This document shows, piece after piece, positions 1 through 13,414 of a DNA stretch of 64,000 bases. Positions within the stretch are counted from its first letter, which is position 1. Every line of letters begins with the position of its first letter. The notes beneath the pieces were generated by a model. It was not told the DNA's origin and made no database searches. It saw nothing but the letters and a program-made list of their open reading frames with translations. This stretch comes from Rhizodiscina lignyota (Eukaryota). The position numbers and the translations under genes are program-made. The stretch spans positions 558,001-622,000 of the forward strand of contig ML978136.1 in the NCBI GenBank assembly GCA_010015805.1, written 5' to 3'.

Positions 1-3000
1 CACTGGCGGGCAGACTGTAACACTTCAAAGATCCACTGGCGGCCCTGTCGCCATTTCTATTGCCCCTCGTCAGGCCTCGAACTCTTCCGTCGTTCATCCC
101 GTCTCATGATACAAATACAGTGATTCGATCCGGCCTGGGCAGGGCAAGCCTGAGAAACGGTGTTGATTCATCGAGCGTTTCAATCGCTTCCAAACCTTCC
201 CAATATCAGCCTGAAAAGCAGATGTCACGAAGTCCACAGGCATCGCAGCAGCTATGACGTTCGAGTTTATCGAGTTGCCAAATTCGGGGCAAGTCTCCGT
301 TCGGGAACGCTTCATAAGCGACTGCTACGGGGATTGCAAACCTTGCGAGTGCGACACAAAAATCTCACCGCGCGCGCTCTTCTGTCTCTATGAACCCCAG
401 CAGTAAATGTTTCAGATGGCACAGATGCAGCGCGCACCCCATTTGTGTCGCGAATCGGCCGTCACTTTCCTCTCTCGGAGCCGACTCCAGCATTCAACAG
501 CTTCTGAACCCTGCCGAAGATGCCGATTCTATACAGATCAAGGGGATCTTTTCATGGATAGTAAGCACTTCTCAATGCTTCTCAATGCTTCATGAACGTT
601 ATTGAGCAGGTTCGCACTCGCGTCTCGCTTCGATAGTTCCACGCGACAATGACGTTGCAGTTCCATTACCGCGCGGTACCAATTTCTGTCGCGTGCGTTG
701 TGGTCGGCAGTTGTTCAACAGTTCGACGTGGTATTTAACAATCCCACCACCACCTTTTGCATTTGTTCACCTCCGTGCCACTCTCTTGACAACCAGGCAT
801 TGCCTTGGTTTGGCGATTTGCAAGGCCTGGTCGCGACTCAAAATGCCCGCGCAGTCCGCGAGCTACCCCGGCGAATAGCAGGAGGTGTCTTCAAGGGACG
901 CCAAGTTTCTAAATTCTATATTGAGAATCCATTTGTTTGAGTGGAACTGGATGTTATAGACATGGGTGAGATCATATAGGGTTGGCCAATAGCTCAATTT
1001 CTTGTTTGATATTCCAATTCGAGCTTTCATGAATCATGGCGCTTCGGATTCAATATTCACGTTTTCTTTTCAATCTCCGCCCTCACAAAACAACATCTCT
1101 CATAGACACATCTCGTATCGCATAAGTGGTGGCGCAATGCCTTCTCTTGCCCGATCGCTCGGAATTGCGCTCGTGGCCTCGATCACAAGGCTCCAGTGGA
1201 TCATTGCGATGTGCACAGTCTGCGAAGTTCGCGTACGGCGCAAAACAACCACGAAAGCATACGCCAATCACACGCTTCGGAACCGATCCGCGAAGCCTAT
1301 TGAGCCTCACCACCTTGGGCAGCTTGGGCAGCTGCAGGGCCTCCAACAGGCCGATATTCCCCGCCGCTTTGACACACATTGATCTCCATGTGAGGCGTGT
1401 GCCAAGGGCAGCTAATAGCTCCGAGAGAAACAAGATCTAGACACCTTGTCTAGGGCTGCACCGACCGATCGAAAAGCAACCACCTGGCTTCACGGCGCGG
1501 GATCCGAACGACCAGGTAAGTCGGCGAAGGCACTCTGTGCATAAATGAGATGGTCCACTGAATGAGCAGTATTACCACCATCTCATGGATTTCCCAGAAC
1601 CTAGCTACCAGATCGAGTTCCAACTGCATCACGCTTCGGTATGGTCGCTCGAATCACACACGAAAGGCCCAATCCGCTCTTGTGCTGTGCACTTCTGCGA
1701 ACGGGCCTGCACCTTTCACTTACTCATCTCTTTCATCACTTCTCTCAATTCAGATTTTGCACTTACCAGACTCTCACTCACCCGCAGGAGCTTTCGGTCC
1801 CGTGACTCCAATCACAGCTCAAATCCATCCCAGAACGGTGTTGAAGCCCTGGGATGTATTCCTGATAAGATTGTCTGGCCCCAGAGATGCTCGCGCGTTG
1901 TGAGGGTTTCCAGTGGGCAAGAGCAGAGCATAGGCACTGCCCGCATCGACTTTTCACGACTACCAGAATCAGGAAACCAGATGTCCGGGGTCATTGCTCA
2001 ATCGATCGCCCTCTTAGTCAGGATGCTGGTCGATTTGTACCCAAAACCCGCACTCTTGGAATGCTTTTTAAACCGCCACTGGCCAAGCTGCGCGTGCGAT
2101 GATTTACATTCACATCTCAGCTTCCTCACAGTGGTTCGCAAGAGTTTAATGGCTTAGATGCCCGTTGCATACTGCCTTGCGCTTGTTCCAATGATCGCTC
2201 AACATACAACTGAGGCCTCATGTTTTTGGACTCAGCATTCAGCTTCGTTTCGAGCCCGGCTTTTTCGGGCATACAGCTTGACAAGGGCCCCTGCAACGAT
2301 CAATCCGTAGCTCCCAACATTTCATCACAGCGCGTCTGCAGCACATCTCTGAAATAACCAAATTCACCACTGCCATCCGCGCCACAAGATTTGTGGCACA
2401 CCCGAACACCTCTCAATTGACCAATCCATCAACCAACACCGCCAGCCCTCTCTCAAAACCACCTTCGCCAGCTCCCCTCCGTTTCTCTATGACCCCTGAT
2501 ATCTTGCCCTGAAGCATTCCGCCCCCCTGTGCTCTACCTTCGTGCCCATGTCCCTGACGCAAAATACAAGGAAGTGAGGCACGCGGAGCGGCTGCATGTG
2601 TGGTTGGTTGGTGGCTCGCCCTTCCCGCCGACTTTCGGCGTCCGCCTGAGGTTGTCTCGAAACCTCGCATCAGCGCTGCCCCTTCAGTCCGTTCGGAAAT
2701 ATTGTTTTGGATCTGCTGAAAACACGAGGTGAAACGCGCGGGTTTGAAGTGGCGAACCTCCTCACTCGCGCTCCCGTGAAGGCCATTGCTGGAGGCGACC
2801 ATGTCCTGGGGCAAATCCGTGCAGGGCGAAATCCGACGTTGCTACGCTGGAGCAGCTGAGGACAGGTATCAGGCCTCTTGTTGCGGATCACACGGCACTT
2901 TTTACCGCCACGAATGTTGGCATTGTGAAGACGTTGTGATTGGAACTAAGATGGCGTGAAATTGAGATTATCGAGTGTTACGTGGGAGCTGAAGCGTGTT

Positions 3001-4553
3001 CTTTTCACCTCCGCGACAGGGAAAAGGAATTGGTTACCAGACGCGATGTGAAGATTGGCAGATTAGTATCTGGCAAAGCTGGTCGCATGCATTCTTGATT
3101 GTCAGAGGAGCCTCCACAAGGGAGAAGAGTCTTAAAGGCCCCGAAAGGTCTGAAATGGGCCCCAGGTCGGCAAGGAAAGGGAGTGAAAGTATCAGCGAAG
3201 TCGAAGACAGTGATACATCAGACACTTGCTCATTCGGAGACATATCTTGAATTATCCTCTCTACATCTAAAGCGTATTATGCGCGCCCTGAATTCATGGT
3301 AAAATGTTTCATCTTTCTATCCCGTGAAGTATGGATGTATATTGTGTGCACGATGGCTTCACCCAATATCGAGCCACTATCAGCGTGGCACATCGTGATC
3401 GAGATCCCTTCTCCTGGGACTACCAGCCTCTTTGTATATATAGTGACGCTACTCTACTAGCGATTCTGGAGACATACAAAGATGAGGGATGGGCCGGCAT
3501 ATCACAGGAAAGACAATCCCTATATGTGGCTAGGAAGTCATGTATCATTGCCAAGTAATGATGATCTCCACCTCCCTCGCATAATGAGCCTTTTCCACAT
3601 CTATCGCTGAAGATAATCATCATCGGATCGTATTGAAGAATCCTCGACACCCTGAACTCATAACAGGTATTGTGTTTGTGCTCTCCGACAACGTTAACCC
3701 TGTGGATGGATGTAAAGACGCAGGTCGGTCTTAAAAGAGAATGCGTGCATCTTTTGCTCGGCAAGCAACGTCTCAAAACTTGATATGGGGAACCACACCT
3801 TTTATACTCCACGATCCCCCTCCCAGAGTGGAATACGTACAGTCACGGATCCAATGTAATCACAATTCTCACGCACAGAAGTTATAACCATACTTTTGCT
3901 TCAACTAAACTACTGAGCGTATCCTATATCGCACCGCCTGTCTCACCAGCCACCCGGTCCAGCGCACTCGAGCAAAGTAAAACAGTCGCAACAAAGAAAG
4001 TTGAAAACCCATAATTCCCTTGCGCGTCCCGTGAGGGACAAACGCATCATCCCTTCCATCGCAATATCAAAAGTCCCACCAAAGAAAAAAGAGAAAGCAA
4101 AGGGCCGTGTTTGCCAATTCGCAGTGAACGAAAGTCATAAAACAGGTCAGAGCCGAGAGTCTCAATCAGGGGAAGCGATAAAGTCAGCGATGGAAAAGCC
4201 CTCCGAAGCCATGAAATCTTTCAGAGAAACCTCGGGCACGTTACTCTGCTGGACCCTTGTAAATCGTGAATAGCTGGGCTCAATCTCATCAACCGGCTTC
4301 CGCTTCTTCCTCATCTCCCTATGCCGCTTTTCTCTCTCATCCACAGTTGTCGATCCATCAGCCTCGTGAAGGCCAGCTAAATATGAAATGTGATAGATGT
4401 CATTCCACCCTTGAAAATCAGGGGCGTGGCGAAGTCCGCATGGACAGTGCTCCGGCGTGTAATTCTCGAATCTCGCAATAGTAGAAGACAGATCTGGCGT
4501 GGGAGCTTCAACCAAAGCGACGTTAGCCCGGGTCTTCAATATAATCAGGGGGA

Positions 4554-7500
4554 TTATTGAGGGCCACGGTAGTCGGTATAACTGCGGTGGCTATATGTCA
4601 GCTGACTGTCCCTCATTGAATTGGAAGCAAAGTAAGCGGAAATGGAAAAAGGAGAAGAATAGGTTAAAACTCGGAGAAAACGCGAAATCAAGCTAGCAAA
4701 GAACACGTCCAGAGAACAGATAGCAGCGTAGCATCGGCAGTACGAGGCGGGAGCTGAATCTCCACGAAAGGCACCAGTGGATCCGCACCCGCAGCCATGA
4801 AACGCGCTTCTCCAGGCGGTCAGTCGTTCAGGGTCCGTGGTTCTAGGAATTTCCGTATCCAGCGCCAAAGTAACGAAATTGCAATACCGCTGTACTCTTC
4901 TCAATCCCGACGTTGCGGGTCGAGATGATGAACGGCGCTGCGCTCTCCCACTCTGCTGGAACAGCTCATGCCTGTAGGTCTGTAGGAATGCCGATCGCAA
5001 CAATGGCTCGAAGGGAAGGGGCATTCAACTGCTATGCCCAAAATCCCATCATCCGGCATCCCACGTATTCGTCTCGAACGACCGTTGAAGGTCTATCGAC
5101 GAGGAAGAACGCAGAGAGAATCCTTCCGTGCGCCAGGCGCAAGGAGGTGTCAAAGCCCCGAGACGCAGGACTCAAGCCAAGCGACGTGTAGCCCTGTCGA
5201 CTGGGTGCGTCATCCCGCTCGACAATTTGACAAGTCGAGGGATTCGCGAATGCCCATCTCGTCGCATATCGAAAAGGATCGGCGGTCAAGAGATCAACCG
5301 GAAAGCCGTTGCGCCAGGGTCGTGCGAAATCGCATCCTCCTGCCTTAGGACGGCAAAATAGGCTCAGCGCGGGGGGCCATCTCGACGCCAATCCCGCAGA
5401 ACTGGGGCAAGGCGCATGAGGCTCTCGTATGTATCATCGGAAGGCGTCGTGATGTGCTCCATGCGCTGGATGCAAATGTGAATGCGAATGCGCATCCAAT
5501 GGCGCCGCAGGATGAGCTAGTGCGGAGAGGATTCCTTCGTTTACTCCCGCGTTGGCGTGCAGCGCGTGCATTGCTGGAGAGGCACTGATTGTCGTCGTCG
5601 AACGGCTGTCGAGACTCGGACGGCGCCGTGCGCGTGGGATGGTCGTTGCGCGACAAAAGCGGGATGCGCCGCTCAGCAAACAGCTTCTCAGCCAACCAGC
5701 CCAACCACCCATCTCACCCGTTCAAGCCACAGCCCACACAATTTCCACGCTGGTGATACATTGCACACCGCATAGTAATTCTCCCACAATTTGAGTGCTG
5801 CACGCCGTGTGCCCCAAGCTCGGAGTGCATGCAGTGCGCAAATAAGCTTATAGTCGACTATAGTGGAACACGTTGCGCGGCAGCCGCTATCGAGAGGTGT
5901 GTTGCGCGCCCGGTTGGAGTCCCAGGGTACCGGCGAAAGCTTGTGCGTTCCTGCGGGTGCATGCGCCAGCCCCCAAACTTGCCTCGAGGTCGTACGACAC
6001 CCCGAAGGAATAGCGACGAGTTTAGATGCCGACCAGCGTGGGGAAACGCAGCGCAAATCGGTATGCCGGCTGATGCGCAAAGGGCGCAGCGATTGTGAGG
6101 AAAGATAGTCGAAGAAGAGCCGATACGGGAGAAAGCGAAGGATCCAGAAAACGGCGACGGGAATGATGTGCGCCTTGCAGCGGGAAGGATCGCGCATAAT
6201 TTTTCGCTCCCGAAAACAACACCACAAACGAACAACACACGATATGCAGAGTAAGAGCAGATCGCGAAATAAGACGGCAATTGGAAACGAGCGAATAATG
6301 GAGAAAGACGACAATAGCATGTGAGAGGACATGGAGGTAAGACACATTCCAACATGGAAAATGAAAGGCCATATTGGGAAGTGAGAAAATAGTAGAGCAC
6401 ACTGACCTCCAGATCCTCGCCCTCATGTCTCCACTTCCCGTAGCGAACAGCTTGCCCGTCGGACTGGGGGCGACCGAGATGACTGTAAGACGAGCAAATT
6501 AGCAGCTGTACACGTGCCGATAGTAGCTAATGCCCTTGGTTTGGCTGGTGTTGTTGTTGTGGCAAACGTCAATGTCTGAAAATCCGGGGAAAGATGCAAG
6601 CAGACCCGCTTCTGCGGTGATGTTTGAACCCCGATAAGTTCAGGCAAAGCCAACATCACACTACCACGGCCCGCTGCATGGTTTAGCGTGGGATGGGGAC
6701 ATGAAGATGTCGATTGTCCATGAATGGAACTATCGACATCCGTACATATCTCGCGTCCAGCGACCACTAAATGCGAGCGATCGCCGCGATGATTTGCATC
6801 TAGTGTCTCTGCAATCCTTCCATCTCTTCCGGAGAATTGAGCTTGACCCCACGGGTATTCGAGAACATTGGAGAAACGCGTAGGATTCGAGATAGTACGT
6901 ACCGGAGTTCTTGTGTCCCTGCAACATCAACTGAGCGCTGCCAGTAAGCGGATCCCAAAACTGCACACCACGATCCTTTGATCCAGATAGGACCCAGTTG
7001 CCGTCGATGGTGAGCGCGACGCTAAGGACAAAGTCCTAATTTCCACTCCGTTAGCATTCATCCTATCTGCAACCACGAGGGTCAGCATCCTCAATCAGCT
7101 CACCTTGTGTCCTTCGAAAGTGCGGATGCACTTTCCACCCCTTGGGCCACTGCCTGGTACATTTCTTGGCGCATTCGCCAGCTCCCACATCTTGATCGTC
7201 TTGTCAAGACTGCCCGAGACCAAGTCTCTGCCGTTCGGGGCGAACGCAACACTGTAAACGCTGTCTCTGTGACCAACATCGCCCTCCAGTCTCTCGACCA
7301 GGAATCCGCTAGTCGTATCCCAGACGCGAACGCTCTTATCCAGCGAACCAGCAGCCACCAGTCTATTATCAGGAGAGATTGCCACCGTGGTGACTCCGTC
7401 GTCGATCGTCATGGAGAGAATCTGCTCGTTGCGGTCGACGTCCCAGAGGCGCACGGTGCGGTCACCCGAGCCGGACGCGATCAGGCGGCCATTACGGGCG

Positions 7501-9316
7501 AAGTCGAGGGAATAAATGTCTTGCTCGTGGCCGCGGAATTCATTCTTGATCGTGCGGTTGGCGATATCCCAGACCTGAACAGCGCTGTGTTAATAAAACA
7601 TCGTCCGACTCCAATAGTCTCCCCGGGTCGCATACCGGGAAATAATGTAGAATGCATTTGCCGACAGAACGGAGGTAAGGAATTGTTAACTTACCCTGAT
7701 GACCTTATCCTCAGCACCAGTCGCAAGATACTTGCCATCTGGGCTGAAGCAGACGCTCCTGATATACAAGTCGCCATCTTCTGGCAGGTCACGATCCTGC
7801 AGATGCGCCACCATGTTGCCAGTGTCAACATCGAAAATCTGCGCACTCCTGTTGCAGCCAGTGGCAACGTATCTTCCATCTGCGCTAAATCGAACGCAGC
7901 AAACTACGCTCGCATGTGGTAAGTTGTGCACCAGATCAACGTCCAGGGTCCGGTGGACACGCGGATTGAAGATGGCATACCAGTCCTGGCCTTCCTTGCG
8001 CTTCGATGGAGGGAGATCAGTCAATTCAAGTTCGGCGAGGCAGTTGCCCACGTTTGGGATGTTGCCCTGCAGAGAGTGTTGGTTCTGAGCTTGGAAAGGA
8101 GGGGCTGAAGGGGGCGGCACCTGTGGGGAGCCCGGATACTGGGCTGGGTTTTGCTGTGGAGTTGGCGGGCCTGGGGGACCTCGAGGAGCAGGGCCGGCAT
8201 TTCGACCTCTGCCGGGACCTGGAGAAGCAGCTGGAGGTGGAGCTTGTGGGGCGTAGCCTGTTGTAGAGCGTACAATGTCAGAATACGATTAAGGACACGG
8301 GCATGGGAATGGAAAGGGGATGCTCAGTGGGAATGGCGCGCCATCCTGAGGAGAAGAGTTCGAACAATGTCTTCTCTCGCACTTCCACAGCGGAAAGCTT
8401 TCATCCAAGAAGTGCACGTGTAGCTCTTCGCTCTCAGAAAGGCGATACCATATAATGAAGTTGTGGGGCTTGTTGTCCAGACGTACCGTTTGGTCCTGGT
8501 GGAGGCTGGCCGTAGCCACCGAACGGGGGAGGTTGAGGAGGGCCAGCAGGAGCGGCATTGAGACCTGGCGGGCCTTGTGGGAGGTGTGGAGGGAGGCCCT
8601 GAGGTTGCGCAGGCTCCTGCGGCGGAGGTGCTAGGCCAGGTCCACCTTGTCCAGCACTTCCAGCCATTATGCCGCCAAAGAGATTGCTGGGTCCATGACC
8701 GAGAGCAGGTGGAGGAGGCTGTGATGGACCAGCCTGATGAGGACCGCCAATATGCGATTGAGGAATGCTACCACCAGCACGTTCGAGTTCTTGACGGAGG
8801 CGTTGGAGCTCTTCTTCGTATCTACAAACAGAGAACGCAGTCAGAACTAGTATCTTCACTTCAGCGTTTCCTGAAGCTGTGAAATGGTCGTGGTGTACTT
8901 GTTCTTGATGTCCAGCTGAGCGCGCTCAAGCTGATAGACCTTGGTGCGAACCATCTCCATCTCGTGAATCTGCGCCGCGACTGAAAGCTTCAAGTCAGCA
9001 AAGAACTCGCTCGCCATGACGATTTTGATAGGCCAAGCGATGCAGGGTTCACAAAAAGCAAGTCAGGAGGGGTTGCGCAAAGGTGGACATGGGCGCTCAA
9101 GCTCAGGCGGAAGCTGAGAAGTACTCTGTGATGCTCACACTGCTAAAAGAGGCTCGTTTGAATAGGTGCAGTGATGAAAGCGGACTTACGCTGCTGCTCA
9201 TACTCTCCCGTGCGTCCGGACGACACGTCAAACTCTTGCCGGATCTGCTCGAGCAACTCATTGAGACGATTATTTGGCGCAGGAGGCGGCACCATGCCGC
9301 GATGCGAATTGTACAT
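4554..9316 (-). CDS. tup1: Tup1/RcoA/Rco-1 WD40 transcriptional co-repressor, multi-exon
   Basis: Starts [29 protein letters not shown] (Tup_N, ATG at 9316). A Q/P/G-rich linker follows, then WD40 repeats ([85 protein letters not shown]). The last exon (4554-4581, S-YTDYRGPQ*) is inferred from splice signals; coding sequence is certain only down to 6407. Confidence 0.93.
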
Positions 9317-10781
9317 CTTGTCCGCGACTGTGTTTGCTTATTCCCGGTGCGTCAGGAAGCTTGTTCAAACGGCAGCTGCAGGGCGTGAGGATGCGTTTGC
9401 GAGCGCGGGGATTGCTATTGAGCTATGTGGCAATCAGTCCGGTGTAGGTGAGAGGAGGCCACGGCAGTCTGGAGGGTGAGAGTGGTGGTGTGCGGCGTAG
9501 AAGTTGGGCGGCGAGGCTGGAGGCGCAAACAAATGTTTGACAGTCGTTTGCTGGATGGACGGTGGCGGTGCCGACCACGGAGAGCGGGCGAGTGGATGAT
9601 TCTCGCGGTCCTTGAGTTGGAGACTGGCGATGCAGCGCAAGAGAAGCTGGAGATGGGCGGAGAGTGGTGGTGAGAAGGAGGAGAGGTTGGATTGGAATTG
9701 GCGCTCAGCTCAAGGCGACTTGGGGCAGGCAGGCACGGAGCAGCTGTGGCACCGCCAAGGCCCAACCTTAAGTGACGGTGCAGGGGCCCAGTTCGGCAAG
9801 CACAGCCAGCCTGCTCCACATTACCGGCAACGACATGATAGATCGCATCGCAACTGCCCAGGCAGCCGGCCCGCGCGCGTCTGCTCTGCTGCCGTGACCT
9901 GTCGTGCAACAGCGAGCAAATATCGCGCGCAAGCCAAGTTGGCGCGCGCAGGAGCATTTTCTCGCCCGCCCTGCTGCCACACGCGCAGTCTGACCCCGGG
10001 CGCGAGCCACGTTGTGTCATCGTCCAATTGAGGCTCTGCCCTAAATATAAGGTGTGGCAAATGCTGCACTACTCATGTTCCCCGTTCCGACGCCGCAGCT
10101 TACTCGCGCGTCACATCTGCACACCACTCCACGTCGTATTTGCTGCGCTGCCTCTTCCCTTTAGCCCGGCGACACTTCCGAGTCTCCCTGCCGCTGGAGT
10201 CGAGAGTACGACTCTTAGACCTCTTTGAACCTCTTTGAACCTCTTTGTTCGCCGAACGCCTTCCGTGCCAATTAGCGTTTTGCCCTGGTCGCGTGCGCCC
10301 AATGATCGTGTAGCCAGATCAATTACAACCACTCCAACATGCTGGACATGTCCCGACGAAACGAGCCTCGCCGCATTAACTCAAGAGCATATCATCGTGT
10401 GCATGAGTGGTATTGCAATATTTAAAGGCCACTGGTCTTTCACTTATCGTAAATCTGCATATGACACTGTAGTGAAGAAAGAATGAGGTCACAGGGTCCC
10501 CATATCCGGTCTCGCCGAATTAAGGTTCCCTTGCTTGTGTCACTACAACATAACAAGTTTCGCAGTTCCGTTTCAACATTCAAGCTTCTGCCTATTCCCT
10601 CCTGTGCAGACCCTGCCTCAACTTGTGAAATCTAAAGCTCATACGTATAGCCCCCGTCCGATCACGCCTCCAGGTGCCGTCTTGGCAATATCAAAAACGC
10701 GCGACTCGCTCGCCTTCATACTTCTCGGCTCTACATTCGACGTTGATATCATCTGGGACAACAGCCATATCCCTTTTTAAG

Positions 10782-13089
10782 ATGCAGACTACAAGCGATA
10801 TCCCGGATCGATCCAAATCACAGAGCAGCATCGCCCACAGCTCTGCCTCTTCACGTGCACGCCGCCAGACGTGGCCAATGAACATGGCACAGCTGCACAA
10901 TGAGAAGACCAAATACGAATTCGAGGCGCAGGGCTCCGTCAAACATCTACAGCGACTTGAAAGAGCTAGAGAGAAGGGAGGCGATTATAGTGTCAACCGA
11001 CAGGTGATAGATCCCGATCCATTTCTGTGTATTTCTGGCTCTGACATCTTTAGATCCTATTCCTCGGCATAGCGGCATTTGTGCGTGAAAATAACCAAAT
11101 AGACATTGGTTTCACCTCCCACGATGGAACTTATTCAGTCGATTTCGCGTTGCATACAATCAGTCCCAAGACGACCTTTGCACCAGATGGTTCTCACGCG
11201 CACACATCAGACGACGACCACGATGAAATTGCAGAGTCCATTGCAGACTATGTCCTTGACAAGCTCAAAGAGTATGAGAAGGAGCACATGTACAAATTTG
11301 TAGGCGCAGGTATCAACAAAACTGCCGCCACGATCAGTCCTCAACTCCCAGCGCGCCTGTGGGCAGAGCTGGACGCCGTGCCATTGGTGTTTCAGCGCGG
11401 ACTCGAGACCGATCGAGGTTTGGATCTGACTGCTGATGAAGAGGCAGACACGATGGCGAGAAAGTGCTTGATGTAAGCACTGCATTCTATTGCGAACCTT
11501 TTGAAAGAACAGCCGCTGACAATTGAGACAGGATGTTCGGTCCAGGCATACAGCCACGAGTTGTAGTCGGGTTCCGGAACATTGTTGAAGTCGACGCCAG
11601 TGCCCACGCTCGTCTCACCACTCTGCAGCAATACATTGACTCCGTTAGTCCCCAGACTTGGAAGGCAGTCTCACATTACGCAAGGTCCCTAAAGGAGCGC
11701 AACATTAAGATCGCCTTCTTCAATAGCACTCCTCAAGGCGGTGGTGTGGCTCTCATGCGCCACGCCCTCATCCGCTTCTTCCGTGTGCTCGGCGTCAACT
11801 GTTCATGGTATGTACCAAAGCCCAAGCCAGAAGTCTTCCGCATCACCAAGACAAACCACAACATCCTCCAGGGAGTGGCCGATCCATCTTCACGACTCTC
11901 TTCGGCCCAACGTGCAATACTGGAAGAATGGGCAACCTCAAATGCGCAGCGCTACTGGACTGTTCCCAACGGCCCACTCGCGTCTCGCGACAAAGGTGGT
12001 GCAGACGTAATCATTGTCGACGACCCACAAATGCCGAATCTCATTGTCGAGGCCCGCAAACAGGATTCTACTCGTTCAATTCTGTTTCGCTCGCATATCC
12101 AGATTCGTTCCGACCTTGCTGACAAGCCTGGGACGCCGACATCTGAAGTATGGAACTGGGTCTGGGATTCCGCGCGGCATGCTGACGTTTTCATCTCGCA
12201 TCCCGTTGCCGCTTTCGTGCCATCCAGCGTTCCGAAGGACAAAGTCGCGTACATGCCTGCTACTACGGACTGGCTCGATGGCCTAAACAAAGAACTTAGC
12301 TCCTATGACAGCCAACACTACATTCAGGAATTCAATACCGAGTGCTACAAGTCGAAGATGACCAAACTTGCGTTCCCAGCGCGCGACTACATCGTGCAAA
12401 TTGCGCGCTTCGACCCATCAAAAGGTATCCCGGACGTCCTCGCCTCCTATGCAGAGTTCCGCCGCACGTACCTTCCATCCTCAACGCCGAAGAACAAAAT
12501 CCCGCAACTTGTAGTTGCCGGCCATGGCGCGATCGATGACCCGGACGCAAGTCTGATTCTCGACCAGACCATGGAGCTGCTGGATACCAAGTATTCCGAC
12601 CTCAAGCAGGATGTCGTCGTCATGCGTCTCGGTCCCACAGACCAGCTCCTCAACGCGCTGCTCTCAAACGCAAAAGTCGCGTTGCAGCTCTCAACCCGCG
12701 AAGGGTTCGAAGTCAAGGTTTCGGAAGCGCTGCACAAGGGCATTCCCATTATCGCGACTCTCGCCGGCGGCATTCCTCTGCAGGTCACGCACGAGAAGAA
12801 CGGGTTCCTTGTCGAACCGGGCGATTACAAAGCCGTGGCGGGACATCTGGCGACGCTGTTCAAGGATGAGGAGGTGTATCGGAGGATGAGTCGGTATGCG
12901 GCAAGGCATGTGAGTGATGAGGTTAGTACGGTGGGAAACGCGCTGTGCTGGATGTACCTTGCGGACGCATTGACGAAGGGCGAGAAGGTCGTGCCTAAGG
13001 GGAGGTGGGTGGCGGATTTGGCGAGGGAGGCAGCGGGCGTGCCGTGGGAGAGTGGAGAGGATAGACTCCCTAGAAACGTCGGGGCTTGA
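10782..13089 (+). CDS. Trehalose synthase/phosphorylase, GT4 glycosyltransferase (Neurospora ccg-9-like), 3 exons
   Basis: Motifs FFNSTPQGGGVALMRH, VFRITKTNHNILQG, QIARFDPSKG, LQLSTREGFEVKVSEALHKG. Introns ~11004-11053 and ~11473-11532 join ORFs 10674, 11081 and 11533. Confidence 0.92.
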
Positions 13090-13414
13090 AGAGGTGAGAA
13101 GATCGGGTTGCTGGTGCGATGCCCGGAATTTATTACAGGGGAGAAAACACTAGAGATGCTTTATGGCGAATGGAAATCATCGCAGCTTTACTGCTGTTGT
13201 GAACAGACTCAAGCACATTCGGGGAGTAATGGCTCTTTGGGATGAAGAATCTACACTGCAAAACCTGCTACAAAGGATAGACTTGTTAAATACATCTCTT
13301 TTCGCAGATAGATCAATGAAGACGGCATTAGAAATCATTCGCTGTACTTCGTTAACCGTCCACCCTTTCCCAAACATTCCTTAGAAGCCGTCTACCAAAC
13401 CAACCCTCCACCCA

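Noticed and set aside
1..4100. Numerous short ORFs (e.g. 1585-2157, 3331-3558)
   Set aside because: No recognisable domains, consistent exon chain or coding-like composition; treated as intergenic or unresolvable.
4162..4539. 125-aa minus-strand ORF that looks somewhat protein-like
   Set aside because: Starts at TTG, lies in the inferred tup1 3' UTR and is out of frame with the tup1 last exon; no family recognised.
10218..10247. Short tandem repeat (acctctttga)x3; similar micro-repeats at 566-589 and 45106-45147
   Set aside because: Simple slippage repeats without spacers; not CRISPR-like or otherwise informative.
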